DNA of 63,209 bases, filler included, from Collodictyon triciliatum (Eukaryota): assembly GCA_043381765.1 (NCBI GenBank). It is 5 parts of 5 records of this genome, joined end to end, with 100 filler letters (N's around TTAATTAATTAA, not from the genome) between each part and the next. Parts side by side here need not be neighbours in the genome. Positions count along the whole stretch, not along the records: positions 36,058 to 53,950 come from JBHJMP010001418.1; positions 54,051 to 61,197 come from JBHJMP010001499.1; positions 61,298 to 63,209 come from JBHJMP010001563.1; 2 more parts are not named here. One strand, 5' to 3'. The stretch's first letter is position 1; every line of letters begins with the position of its first letter. Made by a program: the position numbers and the translations under genes. Positions 47,939-61,629 of this stretch are shown here, in pieces. Below the pieces are notes generated by a model. It made no database searches and was not told where the DNA came from. It worked only from the letters and a program-made list of their open reading frames with translations.

Positions 47939-48356
47939 GTGATGGGGACTGTAGTATTCTGCTTCGAGAGGAAACTTCTCCTTACGGTTAAATAAGGCTC
48001 CCAGAGAAGAAAAAATAGAATAGTAATAAATGCCAACACCTTGGTTGCTACGATGTGTAATTAGTCCCCAACAGAGGTAAAATGATACAGTCATTTGGTA
48101 TCATAACGTATCTTGAGTGCCCTTTGTTTAGATTGTCTGTTTATATAAATCTCAGCGTGTGTGTGTGTGATACTTGTGTCCAGTTTTCTTCATTTCTGTA
48201 AGTGCGTGAGGCGGGGTTTTGTTGGGTGAGAGGAAACTTGCTTGTGGAAATTATAGGGGTAATCGGGCAACCACTGAGCGACCAGAAGACTCTTCAAATC
48301 ACCAAAAAGAAAAGAAAGAAAAGAAAAAGACTTTGACGGCGAGTGCCTCTTCCAGA

Positions 48357-51300
48357 TCACTGAAGGAACGGCTGGATGCGGGTCTGGACCTCGGGAGAGA
48401 GAGTTCCCCATGCCTACAATAATGCATGCAAGTAAGAATGTGGCCATTCTGAATTGGTTGTTGTAGTTGTTATTAATCCAGGGGGTGAAGAGAGTGCGCG
48501 AAAGGCTACCATACACACGAGGTTGTTTGAATAAAGAGTATAAGGCATTGGTGGCAGAACTCAGGCTGGGGAGAGCAAGAGACAAGAATACCTGTTGGAT
48601 TTGCAGGATGACAGGTTGAGGAATGCCAGAGACTGAACCACTCATGACCTGCGGTTTATGAGCCATGGGTGTTATAATCAGAGGCATCGGGAAACGAATG
48701 AATAAATCTCAGGAAAAGATACTTTGAATCGAATAAAGGAAGAATAAATCTCAGGTATAGATACATATATATAAGAAAAAAATTGAGCTGCGGATAGGTG
48801 TGCTCAGATTAAACACGCCAAGATAAAAGGGAATTACAAGAAAGCGCCTAAAATTAGTCTCTGGAGAAAAAGAAAAATGCGTTTGGTCTATACCTGCTTG
48901 ATGATAGTAGCGATGCGGATGTTCAGTGCGTCTGTCGATTCTTCTACACCCAAGAAGGTGGCAAGAGCTCCAATGATGCGAGGAAGGTTGGAAAATCCAG
49001 CACCAAGGGCTTCAACTACGTTGCTGTAATTAAAGTCGTAGACTTTTCAATCGCCCGTGATGATGGAATAACAAGGTAAGTATATTCAAATGATAAATTC
49101 ATACCCCTCAACAAAGTCGCATATTGTGGAGTAGATATTAACACCTTCATCGAGGTCGGCCTTAATGGGGAGGTAGCCAACAACAAGTGGAATCAGGGCT
49201 CTGTAATGTATAAACAGATAATTATGCCAACGATTAAATAGATGTTCTAGTTCTTCTGGGTTTGACAAGTTAAACCAAAAAAAAAAATGAGTAGAATTGT
49301 TTCGAGTAATTTGGAGAAAAGAAAATGGTATATGCCATTGTTATATGAGCCCATCAATACTAACCCGAAGTTCACACTCTCGCGGTGATATTTGCAAATC
49401 TTGCACAGTGTAGAGATGCAGTTGTCTGTTGGGCGCTCATTGTCCTCATCACGAGAGTTTGGTGCCTGGATGAGACGAAAAGAAAGCGAAAGAAAAAGAA
49501 AAAATAAGAGGGAAGGAGTCGTATGAGTATGATTTAAAATTGAAGAATCTTTACACATCTTCGCTAGAAGATCAAGACTTACGCTGATGAGCGTCACAAG
49601 CTGCTGGGATGCCTGGTTGGCAAAGGATGCAAAAACTGGCCCACATTTCTCAGCTGCAACACCGACTCCGTAGACAGCAGCCTGGCGAATAGAAGGGTCG
49701 GCATCGATGCTACAAATTACAAATAAAATAGAAACTATGTTCATCGAAGCTAATTGCTTTTCTGTTGCTAACTATGATATTCTGGCGATGTAATAGACAA
49801 TTAATCAATCATGTATTAATGCCGATACTAAAATCTACTTCTATTTTCTACTTATAGATATATAGATATATATCCACTACTTGGAATCAAATTTCGAGTA
49901 GATTGCTCTTTTAATAATAAATAATCTGCATACCTTGATTGGACGAGGACTGGCACGATTTGGGGTGCGTAGTGGGCAGCAAACTGTCCACCAAACTCAA
50001 CAACATCATCAAAGACCCACAGACTGAGGAGGCGGTCAGTGGAAGGATGGTCAGGAGCCTAGGGCAAACAATATAATGAATTTCACATAATGCAGAATGT
50101 CCAAAAAAAAAAAAACATTCCTTTCAATTATACAAGAAAACATGTTTCGGTGATGTGTGAAGCGGGTCTTTTAGTCGGACATTTTATCAAAAGAAGCTTC
50201 ATATTCACAAGGAGATTGGTTAAGTGTGAATGTAAGTGGAATTAGTAGCCTACAGCAAGCTGCATGAAGCTGGTCAGGTAATTGCCGAAGAGAGGCATAA
50301 ATACGTCTGTGTGCGTTTTGATGAGGGCACCAAAGACTTCAGAAACCTGGTAGAATAAGTAAAGAAAGCCTTTTTCACTTTGATGTGAATTATGTGCTAG
50401 TAGAGTTTGAAATGCATTGAATCGATTAGCGGTTTCACACTAAAGAATGTCGAGTATATATTTACCAAGTTCATGACCATTTCATCGCGCTCTTTTTCTC
50501 CTTCAATGATTTCCTCCTCTTCAGCATCAAAATCTTCATCCTGACGACTTTCCTCTGTAAAAGAACATGTTTCAAAACCAAAGAATTCGAAGCTGAAACG
50601 ATGATTTGAAAATCATTGGCCATAGACTTCAATAGCAACGTACGTCTCTCTTTGTGTCTTTCTTGGCTGTCTTTAATGACGGCAGCGTGACATGCTCCAA
50701 TTTGGTTAACAAGCTCAACCGGGATGGAATTGGGCACAATCATCATGATGCACTAAGGAGATAGTGAGTGGATAAACCGAATGCCCTCTGGGTTGTGTTC
50801 AGTGAAAAGCATAATAATAATAATATACATCTCTAAGGGACTCAAGCATGCTTTCTAACACTTCGATGGCAGGCTCATTTTGGATGGCTTCAATCAATGG
50901 GCCAAAGACTGCAGCCTGCAACTGATGGAGAACCTCAATTCCAGCCACTAATTGAAGGAAAAATAAGAATATGAGATATGGAAATAGGATTTTTTTTATT
51001 TCCTTCGCTTGTGGTTGGTGGCGTGGAGTTGCAACTTATTAATTGAGAGCATAGTACTCGATAGTTCAAGTCATGATATATGCTTAATCACTTTGTTTTT
51101 CAACAGCAGCTTTGCAAACACCAAGAAGACTGGGCATTGCCATTGTAGAAGCAGTACGGACGTCTAGTATGGTGTATTTGAACCGGTGAGAAGGGGTTTC
51201 CCGCTATTAATTGATTCTGGAGCACTATAATTCATCAATACCATCGCTCAGTTTCATAGAAAATAATCACCTTCGTTGTAGTAGAATTTAAGGAGTGGGA

Positions 51301-53950
51301 CCATCAAGTTCACAATGTCGGGGAGGTGCTAGATGAAATTGTATGTCAAAGTCTTATCAATTAGAAGCCTATTTATGCTTATAAATCAATGATCTTTGGT
51401 CTTTACTACGTATTTGAATTGCTATATTACAGGGAACATAAACTCCTTCAGGTCATTCAGGAAAGAGCAAATCATCTGGCAGGCATTGGCTTTCTCCTCA
51501 AGGATAGATGTGCGAATACCGATAGTCTGTATTGAGTGTTTGTGTCAAAGCTCTTGTTCATTTCGATTGGGGATTTGAGAGAAAAATCATTGATCTTTCA
51601 ATACCTGGTCTCCCAATTGGATGCACTCAAAGTCTTGAGTCTGCTCGTCTTGGTCTTCTAATGTTATTTTATTACGTATTTGAATTACAAGTTCGACATT
51701 ACTCGAAAGCTAGATTTGGTGACTGATATATCATGCAGTTTTTCAAAGGTCTCCAGGATTAGATTTGAAGTGCCCTTTAACCCGGAATCTCACCTTCAAA
51801 GACCTTTACTTCAGGCTTCAAGCTGGCCGCAGCGATGATAGGGGGGAGTGCAACAGGTAAATATTGGACAAAGTCCTGGCCAAGGCACCCGCCAATGCGC
51901 CCCCAGGCTTGAAAGATGTATCCCTGAAGTGGGTCATCGGCTTCCATCGGGGTGGCTAGTGGTCCATATGCTTCGTTATTATCTTGTCTAAATTATCAAC
52001 TAATATGTACATAAACGTGAATGATGCACCGCCTCCAAATATATGGGAAGAAAATGTACCTTGGAGAGTGGTCATGAAGCGAATGATTTCGTGTGCATCA
52101 GAGATGAATTTTTCCTTTCCAACAGATACACCTTAATGAGAAAGAAGGAAAGAAAAGAAGCGAAAGGATATTATGTAAGTATAGGGGTTATTCATGGTTT
52201 TATAACGGAAGTTTCACTGTTTCCTTGCTAAGTTTGCGGCTTTGCTGTGTCTAAAATGAGGTTACCGAGAAGGGTGATACACTCAAGGGTCTTTCCACGG
52301 AGCATTCTGAGTTCCTTTCCTTCAGAACGGGTCAAAATACCTTTCAGTGGCCCAACGAAGGCGTCATAGTACTAATTGTTTTAGATGGTAGTTCAGGAGA
52401 GTGTGTGGCCTTCGTAAGGTTGGTTAGCTTGCTCGTGATAGAGAATATGTATTCATTTGTGCAGCTTCTTTGGGCGGAAGGAGAGAATATACAGTGCCAT
52501 AATATAGATAATTACAGGGAGGAAGGCTTCTCCAACAGCCTCGGAGACAGCAGCCAAAGAAGTCACTCCAAGCTCGATGGTGAGGCGAACGGGGGAGGAC
52601 AGTAGCTTCATCAAGCGATCGAGGAGCTCGTTAAGGTACGGTGCGATGATTTTAGCATTGGCACTCTCACAGAAGTTGATTGTGGCAGCGGCAGCGTGGC
52701 CTTGGACTCTATTGACAGAGTTGGATAAGAGTACTATTGACTAAACGACACATTATCATGGGCTCCTCTGGCGAGCCAAGTCAAAGTATAAAATTAAGTG
52801 GGACAAACTTGGGGTTGGTAGTGTCTCCCATCAACAAGATAAGCACTGGGACAGCTAGGTGGTGGTATTTCTTTTGGACCAGAGGCTATGGAATGGGGAC
52901 AGTGTATTAAAATTATTTCATGGGGCGAGGGGTTCATGTATTCATGCTAAAATTTTATGAAAAATGTTTAGTATTGGTTGGTAAAATGAGGGATTCCATA
53001 CCCCAAAGTCAGTAGACATTTGCCCGATGCAGTTACAGACGGCCCAGCGGACGCGAGGATGTGGGTCCTGAGCAAACTTCGCAATCATCCTGTCATTATA
53101 TTTCGTTAGTGGAAATCCGCATGCTAGTGAAAAGTGTACACAGCAATTTAGATATGGTGTTTGACAAGTGGGAAAAGGGAAGGTCATAGAATTTCTAAAG
53201 TACGTGAAGATGTTTTCAAGCTCTTTCTTCATTTGCTTGAAGCAGCCTTCCCCAATCATGCTGAGTGCCATGAGACCAGCGTAGCGCTGCTTCCAGTCGG
53301 CTGGCGTAGACAAAAAAAAATGCAATTTTTCACAACGAATCAGAATTTAAAAACAGTCAAGCTTGGAGTTGCCTGCATTAGAGGTTTTGTTTCTTGATAA
53401 ATATAAAGAAATACTGTTTCCAAGGAAGGATGTAATGATGGGTAGAGCCACAGGGAGGATGACATTAGGACCTAATGGCAGCATAGTGTGCATTTGACTC
53501 AGTATTGGGCCTCGATTTATGATATTAACATACTCTATCCTCGTCATCTCCATATCGTTCAGGTGAAATGAATAAGGTGTAATATTCATACCGAGAGCCA
53601 AGGCCAAGCGGTCAAGAGTTTCCTCTCCAATGTCCTTGTTGGTAATGTCACCGCTGCTCTCGTCCTGCATTCACCATTCCATTTAGATGAGCGAATGAAC
53701 CATGATTGGTGCAATATTGGTTTTTGTTTTTGTTTTTGTTTTTGTTTTTGTTTTTGTTTTTGTTTTTGTTTTTGTTTTTGTTTTTGTTTTTGTTTTTGTT
53801 TTTGTTTTTGTTTTTGTTTTTGTTTGAGTACAAATTTCATCAGGGTGGATTGGGGTGTATGCACAGCAAGTATGAATAATGACTTACTTCACTCATCGTC
53901 CATGCTTCGATGTCTTCCTCCTCTGGCAACATGAACTTAAAGCCGACTGG
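48357..53950 (-). CDS. IPO5: Importin-5 (RanBP5/Kap121/Pse1, importin-beta family); N-terminal part lost at the linker
   Basis: Exons encode GEETLDRLALALG, WKQRYAGLMALSMIGEGC, DPHPRVRWAVCNCIGQMSTDF, VQGHAAAATINFCE, LRMLRGKTLECITLL, QAWGRIGGCLGQDFVQYLP, IRTSILEEKANACQMIC, PLLKFYYNEDVRT, DPSIRQAAVYGVGVAAE and YLPIKADLDE. Terminal exon 48357-48413 encodes AWGTLSPEVQTRIQPFLQ*. Confidence 0.93.
48700..48755 (+). mobile_element. Micro-insertion copy G (28 bp) with 14-bp TSD, in an importin-5 intron
   Basis: GAATAAATCTCAGG (48700-48713) + AAAAGATACTTTGAATCGAATAAAGGAA (48714-48741) + GAATAAATCTCAGG (48742-48755). Confidence 0.85.
53721..53823. repeat. (TTTTTG)n microsatellite in an importin-5 intron
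   Basis: Directly visible. Confidence 0.95.
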
Positions 53951-54555
53951 NNNNNNNNNNNNNNNNNNNNNNNNNNNNNNNNNNNNNNNNNNNNTTAATT
54001 AATTAANNNNNNNNNNNNNNNNNNNNNNNNNNNNNNNNNNNNNNNNNNNNAAAAAAAAAAAACAAAAAACAAAAAACAAAAAACAAAAAACAAAAAACAA
54101 AAAACAAAAAACAAAAAACAAAAAACAAAAAACAAAAAACAAAAAACAAAACAAAATAGAGGCCTGGCTGGGCCAGACACAACAACTTGATGCATGGAGG
54201 CCATACAACGATAAGAAATTATAATGATAATAATAAATTAGGCCCGACAAAATAAGCGACGTTCTCCAAAACGTTTGTTCAGATCCACCGCCAACGGTAA
54301 CCAAACCAAAATCCCACAGGCTCAAATCTATCGATTTTCACTCTTCACCGCCTAACCAAGGAAACTTGTATCAAAGAATATGAGGAACGCAACAAGCAAC
54401 AACCCAGGAGGACTGTAGTATAAATCCGTTTGCATTTATTCGTTTTTGTAGAATGCAGACGCAGACAGTTGGGCAGGTGCTGGGAGCACAAGAGTGCGAT
54501 AGAGAAAGAGATGGGGAATACATATGGGGATACACAGCGAGTCAATGCTCCCGAG

Positions 54556-56994
54556 CTAAAACGCAGAAATCCTTGAGGCACTGAATTCACACGTGTAAAG
54601 AAGGTCATTTGGCCCGACCGCAACGCCCATAGGGTTCTGCAGAAACACTCGGGCTGTCGGGTGTGTGGTTATGGAGTGGACGATGGAGCCGTCCAAGAGA
54701 GAAAGAAAATCAATACGATTCGAAGCGTAATCACTGACAATAAGTGTGTCTACGGGGCCGCGGCACAGGCTCGTATGGCCGACCCTGCGAAACCGCAGCT
54801 TCCGAATCCATTGCCCATCTACGTTAAACACGTGTATTGTATCTGAGCCTCTGCCCATAACGCAAAGTTCCCTGTGTCTTGTGACTGCTATGGACTCTGG
54901 AGCCCACTGTTCTTGCTGCTGGCCACTACATTCTGAATGCGGCAGACCAAAGTCTCTGGAATGACTGTATCCAAAGGATGGTGAGGTTGTTGCATCTTCG
55001 GCGTTAAAAATATATTTGCGGACCCTCGAGTTCCCAAGGTCCGTGATGAATAAAGTGCCATCTTTATCAAACGCAGGGTTGCATGGGCTTTTGAATCCAA
55101 TTATCTCACCAAGATAGCTAAAATCTCTTCCCATAACAAATGCTATGTGTGCTCCGTTATCCACAACAACAAGATGTCCATTTGGGCTGAGTGCAATACC
55201 ATAAGGACTGGTCATTACAATTTGGCCGTTCGCTTTTCTATCATGGTAGTTAAGCCTTCTGTGTTTGGTCTGTCCTAAATGCTCTTTAAGATCCAAACTA
55301 AACTTGTGCACACATGCATTTTGATGATCTGTGACGAAAACGTGATTTTTCTCATCATCGATTGCCAAACCCCATAGGTTTCCGGTCACCCGAGCTCCTG
55401 TGTTTGAGTATGACCTCCGAGCCTCTGGGCCATATGAAGATATTTTGCGTGTGATGATTCGATTCTTTCCTTTCGTATTGATCCAGTCTGTGTACTGGGG
55501 ATACTTCAGGCTTTGTTTAAGCTCATTAATGTGTTTTTGTATATCGATATCGACACAAATGTCCGTTTCCTCAAGGTCCCATATAGAAGTGTGTTTCATC
55601 GATGGTGAAAGAAAATCCCCTTTAGATTTTAGCGCACTCGCCAATCCAGACACGTAAGATAATTTTTCGAAATTCTTCATCCCTGAGACCCATTCTTGCT
55701 CTGTTTCTCGGATTAGCTCTCTGGTATGCCGGAGGTAATTTTCTCTCATTTCGATTTCGTTCAAGGATAGCTCCAATTCTTTGAGTAAAAGCCCGTGAAG
55801 CTCATCAACCTTAAGATATTGTGTAAATTTTGCCCATTCAAAAATAGCTTGAGTTATATATAAAGTATCGATATTTTTGTAAAGAAATAACGAAATCATA
55901 CTGATTCTTTCAGTAACTTGTAAAATTGAATATATAGTCTTATGTATATTCCATACTTCAATTAAAGTACCTTGTGGATGAAGTCCTCTTCCATTACGTC
56001 AAGCTTTTGCAAATATATTTCAACCTCGGCTCTATATTCCTTGAATTTGGCCTTTCCACTTTCCTTCAAAGCCTCAGCCGAGTCTTCCAGCTACATATTC
56101 ACAACGAAAGTAGTCTCATGTTATTTTTTTTTGATAAAATCTGGAATTTGGTAAAATATCAACAACAATTACAAAAAATAAAATAAAATAAAATAAAATC
56201 GAGAGCTATATCCACGTATTGTCGATGCAAATAAGAATACATACTGATTCAGTTTTTGACAGAATCTCGTCTCTTTCTTTGGACGCAAAGTCCATCTGAC
56301 GGATGATTATCTCCTCGACATCGTCTAACCTCTTTTCCATGATAGTCACTGCGTTTTCAAGCGTTTTACATCTGTGGTTGGGATTCATTTTTTTGTCCTC
56401 TGCTTCGCATAAAATGCATTTCAATGGTTCCAAGATGCAATCTTCACAGAACGATACTACTGAATTCCTAGGGTGTTTGGAGCATTCCATATGTTGTAAT
56501 GCATACGCAGACACCCCGAGGCTGGACGAAGAGAGCATGTCATGGCCTCTTGTTTCTTGCGCAGTAGAATGGTTTGATTGGCAAATAAGGCACATAAACC
56601 CGCAACCGTTGAGACAGTAGTACTTTGAAGGATTTCCGCACCCTTTTGAGGCACAGGGTTGATTTTTCATTTGTTTTTGACACCTCAGATTGTGATTAGA
56701 GCAATTATCCTCTGCAATAGAATGGTATCTTTCGTGGGAATTACCAGCAGGGGCTTCAGCAGATGCCCTGGTCCCAGCTTCCTTTAAGAGAAAACTGGTG
56801 TGTGTCTGGGACATCGGAATTGAAGAGCAGTCTCCATTCGGACATTTAAAGGGGACTCTGCAAAAGGGGCATCGCAGGTTACATGGTGAAGAATGATGAA
56901 TTGCAGTAATACAAGCAGAGCAGATGACATGGTTGCATGGAAGTTCTCGTGGCTCCACCATTTTGTCTTGGCAGATAGGACATTGGTTCTCCAT
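54556..56994 (-). CDS. TRIM-NHL-type E3 ligase: RING - B-box(es) - coiled coil - NHL beta-propeller (~707 aa, 3 exons)
   Basis: Exons 56245-56994, 55971-56090 and 54556-55809 (phase 0). RING CPIC...LPCNHVICSAC...CPFC; B-box-like C...C...CLNGCGFMCLICQSNH...H and CSKH...FCEDC...CILC...H; NHL repeats WGLAID...VFVTD, SPYGIALSPNGHLVVVD, LFITDLGNSRVRKY and NPMGVAVGPND. Confidence 0.9.
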
Positions 56995-57757
56995 TCTATG
57001 CTACTACAAACACATATGCAATTAAAAAAAAATTATAATATGCATTTTGTTTGTTTTGTTCTTTTGATTTTTTCCTGCAATTTCGTGTAATTATTCATCT
57101 TGAGCCTCGGCCATTCAAGTGATAGCAACTGGTGCTTCGTACAGGAGGAGCTTGGAGAAGATATTATTGAAAGGGGAATAATCACGCAAATAACTTCATG
57201 ATAAATGTGGTCTGGTTTATGCTGTTAGTTCCTTGCTAGTAGACTGTGTTACTGGGGTATGCGCTGTGCTTGGGCTACAATCTCGCCTTTTAACATCTCT
57301 GCCACCTGCCAAGCCGGCAAGACAAAAACTATCAAGAGCGTGCCGTTCCACCCTTTGTTCGCCGCAAATTTCCGCGAAGAAATCGACAATTGCGAAGGAG
57401 AAATCACATTAAATATTATTTATTCTGTCATTTTACATAATATTTTATATACTAGTGTATTTTATGTCACACATGGAATAATAAATATGTATATATTATA
57501 TATTCCATAAATGTATAAAAGACATTAGCAACTAATCAAGAGAAGTGCACCGCATATTCAACAATACTGAACGAAAATGGATATAGATTCGTACATCAGC
57601 AAATAAGTTACCAGTATGGTACGGCATTCTTGCGCGGTGTGGAAGAAAAGTTGAAGCTGGTCGGAATGCGCCACTGTTTATCTAATCGATTTTCTTCATC
57701 ATTTCATCATTCAGTTCACAATTAACTTTCTAAAGCCGCTATTGATGCAAAAGAAAA

Positions 57758-57788
<31 letters not shown>

Positions 57789-58991
57789 CAAAACAAAACA
57801 AAACAAAACAAAACAAAACAAAACAAAACAAATAAATAAATTAGAATGCATTATTTTCCACAATAACAACAGAGGAACTTTTGCAAACTTTTCTCGCACT
57901 TTGAATGGCACGACCCTGTTGCACTTTGAATGGAACAAAGGTAAAAAAAAGGTTGTGCAGATTTGAATGGGCCTTTGTAGTTATATCGACACAACACGGA
58001 CAAGTTGACAGGGGATTTGATGGGCGGGGCAATCACGGCGATTTTAATTGGCCTCGTCTACAGCCCTTCGATTTCGCCTGGAATATGACCAATTAGTACG
58101 CCATAAAAGGGATGAAGAAGCATGTTCGTGACCAAATCGATCAAAACCTGCTTGATCAAATCAGAGACACGGCCAGATCAAAATCAAAGAAAGCTGGAGT
58201 CTGCAAGGCAGCAACAAACACCTCTTGGACAGGTGGCTCCAGCATGTCGACATCTGNNNNNNNNNNNNNNNNNNNNNNNNNNNNNNNNNNNNNNNNNNNN
58301 NNNNNNNNNNNNNNNNNNNNNNNNNNNNNNNNNNNNNNNNNNNNNNNNNNNNNNNNNNNNNNNNNNNNNNNNNNNNNNNNNNNNNNNNNNNNNNNNNNNN
58401 NNNNNNNNNNNNNNNNNNNNNNNNNNNNNNNNNNNNNNNNNNNNNNNNNNNNNNNNNNNNNNNNNNNNNNNNNNNNNNNNNNNNNNNNNNNNNNNNNNNN
58501 NNNNNNNNNNNNNNNNNNNNNNNNNNNNNNNNNNNNNNNNNNNNNNNNNNNNNNNNNNNNNNNNNNNNNNNNNNNNNNNNNNNNNNNNNNNNNNNNNNNN
58601 NNNNNNNNNNNNNNNNNNNNNNNNNNNNNNNNNNNNNNNNNNNNNNNNNNNNNNNNNNNNNNNNNNNNNNNNNNNNNNNNNNNNNNNNNNNNNNNNNNNN
58701 NNNNNNNNNNNNNNNNNNNNNNNNNNNNNNNNNNNNNNNNNNNNNNNNNNNNNNNNNNNNNNNNNNNNNNNNNNNNNNNNNNNNNNNNNNNNNNNNNNNN
58801 NNNNNNNNNNNNNNNNNNNNNNNNNNNNNNNNNNNNNNNNNNNNNNNNNNNNNNNNNNNNNNNNNNNNNNNNNNNNNNNNNNNNGAAAAAAGGCAGAAAA
58901 AACACCCGAGTGTTCCGATCTCTTATTTCTTCCAACCACAGCACACTCGCTTCGCCCAAAAAGCAGCCGCAGCTTGAAAGTGGAGGGCCCT

Positions 58992-60984
58992 ATGGCAACG
59001 GGAACAGGCGCAAACGATGCCATGCTGATCAAGTTTGAGACCAAAAGTAACCGCGTGAAGGGTCTCTCCTTTCACAACAAACGCCCGTGGATTCTTGCGT
59101 CACTCCACAACGGCGCAATTCAGTTGTGGGACTATCGCATGGGCACGCTCCTCGACAAGTTTGAGGAGCACGAAGGTTTGTTGCCCAGCTCACAAAGTCA
59201 CAAATATGAAAAACAGAAAAAAACAGAAAAAAACAGAAAAAAACAGAAAAAAACAGAAAAAAAAAGAAAAAAACAGAAAANNNNNNNNNNNNNNNNNNNN
59301 NNNNNNNNNNNNNAAAAAAACAGAAAAAAAACAGAAAAAAAACAGAAAAAAAACAGAAAAAAAACAGAAAAAAACAGAAAAAAACAGAAAAAAACAGAAA
59401 AAAAAACAGAAAAAACAGAAAAAACAGGAAAGACAAGGAAAAAAAGAAAATCAGAAAAAAGAAAAATTATCACAAAAGGAATCTTAGTGAACATTATAAT
59501 AACGAACCTTATATCGCTCCATCCAGGCCCTGTCCGTGGTGTGAATTTCCATACATCGCAGCCACTCTTCGTCTCTGGCGGAGACGACTCCAAAGTGAAA
59601 GTCTGGAACTACAAACTACGCCGCTGCCTCTTTACGCTGCAAAACCACCTCGATTACATCCGCACCGTCCAGTTTCACCATGAGTGGCCGTGGATTGTCA
59701 GCTGCTCCGACGACCAAACCATTCGCATCTGGAATTGGCAGTCTCGCACCTGCCAAGCCGTCCTCACCGGTCACAGCCACTACGTCATGAGCGCATTCTT
59801 CCACCCAAAAGACGATCTGATTGTCTCTGCCTCGCTTGACCAGACTATTCGTGTTTGGGATATCTCTGGTTTGATTTACCCCAACATGCCAATTCTTTTT
59901 TTTTATTATTATTATTATTATCTGTTTTATTAACTCTCGCGTCTTATTTTATCTGAGTTATGCTATGAATATTTTTGAAATTCCCCCTTTTTTGTTTTCA
60001 TATATATTTATCGCTCCCATATATATTTGAATATATCCCTATGCGAATCAACAGAATCTAAACATCATGTTTCTGTTACTTATCGATACATTTGTTTAAT
60101 GCCTCTTTTTTTTTTTGGCCATATTGTTTCACATTTGCGGCTGATAGTTAAATTCAACTGATTAGGCCTTAAGAAGAAGAAAGCTTCCCTAGTGGACGAG
60201 TCATCGCGTCTCCCACAAATCAACAGTGACCTTTTTGGGGGGAATGAAGCAGTTGTCAAATACGTTCTGGAGGGCCACGACCGCGGCGTGAACTGGGCTT
60301 CGTTCCATCCAACCATGCCTCTGATCATTTCCGGGGCTGATGACAGACAAATCAAATTGTGGCGGATGAATGGTTCTCGTTCATACTCACAAAGGACATC
60401 ATTTATTATTTTCATATACAATCATAAACATGCATATAAGGATGTATTACCATTCGTAATCAACGGGAGAAGGTTGACAAAAATCAAATCAACATCACTT
60501 TTAACCCAAACAAATAAATTCGTGATGATAATAACACCAATACTCTAGTTTTTTTCTTGTCTTCTTATCATGTATAATCTTTCATTACCTTAGAAACCAA
60601 GGCCTGGGAAGTGGACACCATGAGAGGCCATTATCACAATGTCTCCTGTGTTTTGTTCCATCCTCGACAGGACATCGTCATCAGCAACTCTGAAGATAAG
60701 AGCATTCGCGTGTGGGATGTCTCAAAGCGCACCTGCATTCAAACATACCGCCGAGAGAATGATCGATTCTGGGTTATGGCCAGCCACCCTGAGATGAATC
60801 TGTTTGCTACTGGTTCGTTAGTAATTTGTGTATTCTATTTGGTATCCTCTCGTCTCATCCACATCGTTGGGCACCCCTCTCTCATGAGCAATTTGTAGGA
60901 CACGACAGTGGTATGATGATATTCAAGTTAGAGAGGGAGCGCCCGCTTGTATCAGTGTTTGGTACAACTATCTATTACCTGAAG
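58992..60984 (+). CDS. COPA: Coatomer subunit alpha (N-terminal WD40 region); 3' part lost at the linker
   Basis: [60 protein letters not shown]...[35 protein letters not shown]...[16 protein letters not shown]. Exons 58992-59174, 59528-59867, 60166-60372, 60594-60811 and 60899-60984. The conventional start is the second ATG at 59022. Confidence 0.97.
59209..59420. repeat. (A6-8CAG)n minisatellite in COPA intron 1, with an internal N gap
   Basis: Directly visible. Confidence 0.9.
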
Positions 60985-61100
60985 GTGATTACCGCGACAA
61001 ACTTCCCTGCATATTAAAGCCGATAATTCCCTTTTATCGTTTGATGATATGCTTTTCTTTTGGGACTACGAGGAATCTTTCATCTGACAAAAAACTATTT

Positions 61101-61197
61101 CATATCATATCATATCATATCATATCATATCATATCATATCATATCATATCATATCATATCATATCATATCATATCATATCATATCATATCATATCA
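61101..61197. repeat. (CATAT)n microsatellite at a contig end
   Basis: Directly visible. It abuts the linker. Confidence 0.95.
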
Positions 61198-61629
61198 NNN
61201 NNNNNNNNNNNNNNNNNNNNNNNNNNNNNNNNNNNNNNNNNTTAATTAATTAANNNNNNNNNNNNNNNNNNNNNNNNNNNNNNNNNNNNNNNNNNNNAAC
61301 AAAAAACNNNNNNNNNNNNNNNNNNNNNNNNNNNNNNNNNNNNNNNNNNNNNNNNNNNNNNNNNNNNNNNNNNNNNNNNNNNNNNNNNNNNNNNNNNNNN
61401 NNNNNNAAAAACAAAAAACAAAAACAAAAAACTCAGACTTCGAAAGCCAACACGCGAGAAAGTGGAGGAGGATTGCTGTTTTTTTTTTCTTTTTGTTTTT
61501 GTTGGAGACTGGACGATCACAAGCGCGGGGGAGAGAGGCGTTTGGGCCCGCCGCCTTCCCATGAGGCGACCAAAGAGGCTAACGCACGGTCCACAGCAGG
61601 GCACGGACGGCCCAAGCAAGAAGGCAGGG

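Noticed and set aside
58112-59044. Long ORFs spanning the ~630-bp N gap
   Set aside because: Their length is an artefact of the Ns. The flanking fragments have no identifiable homology.
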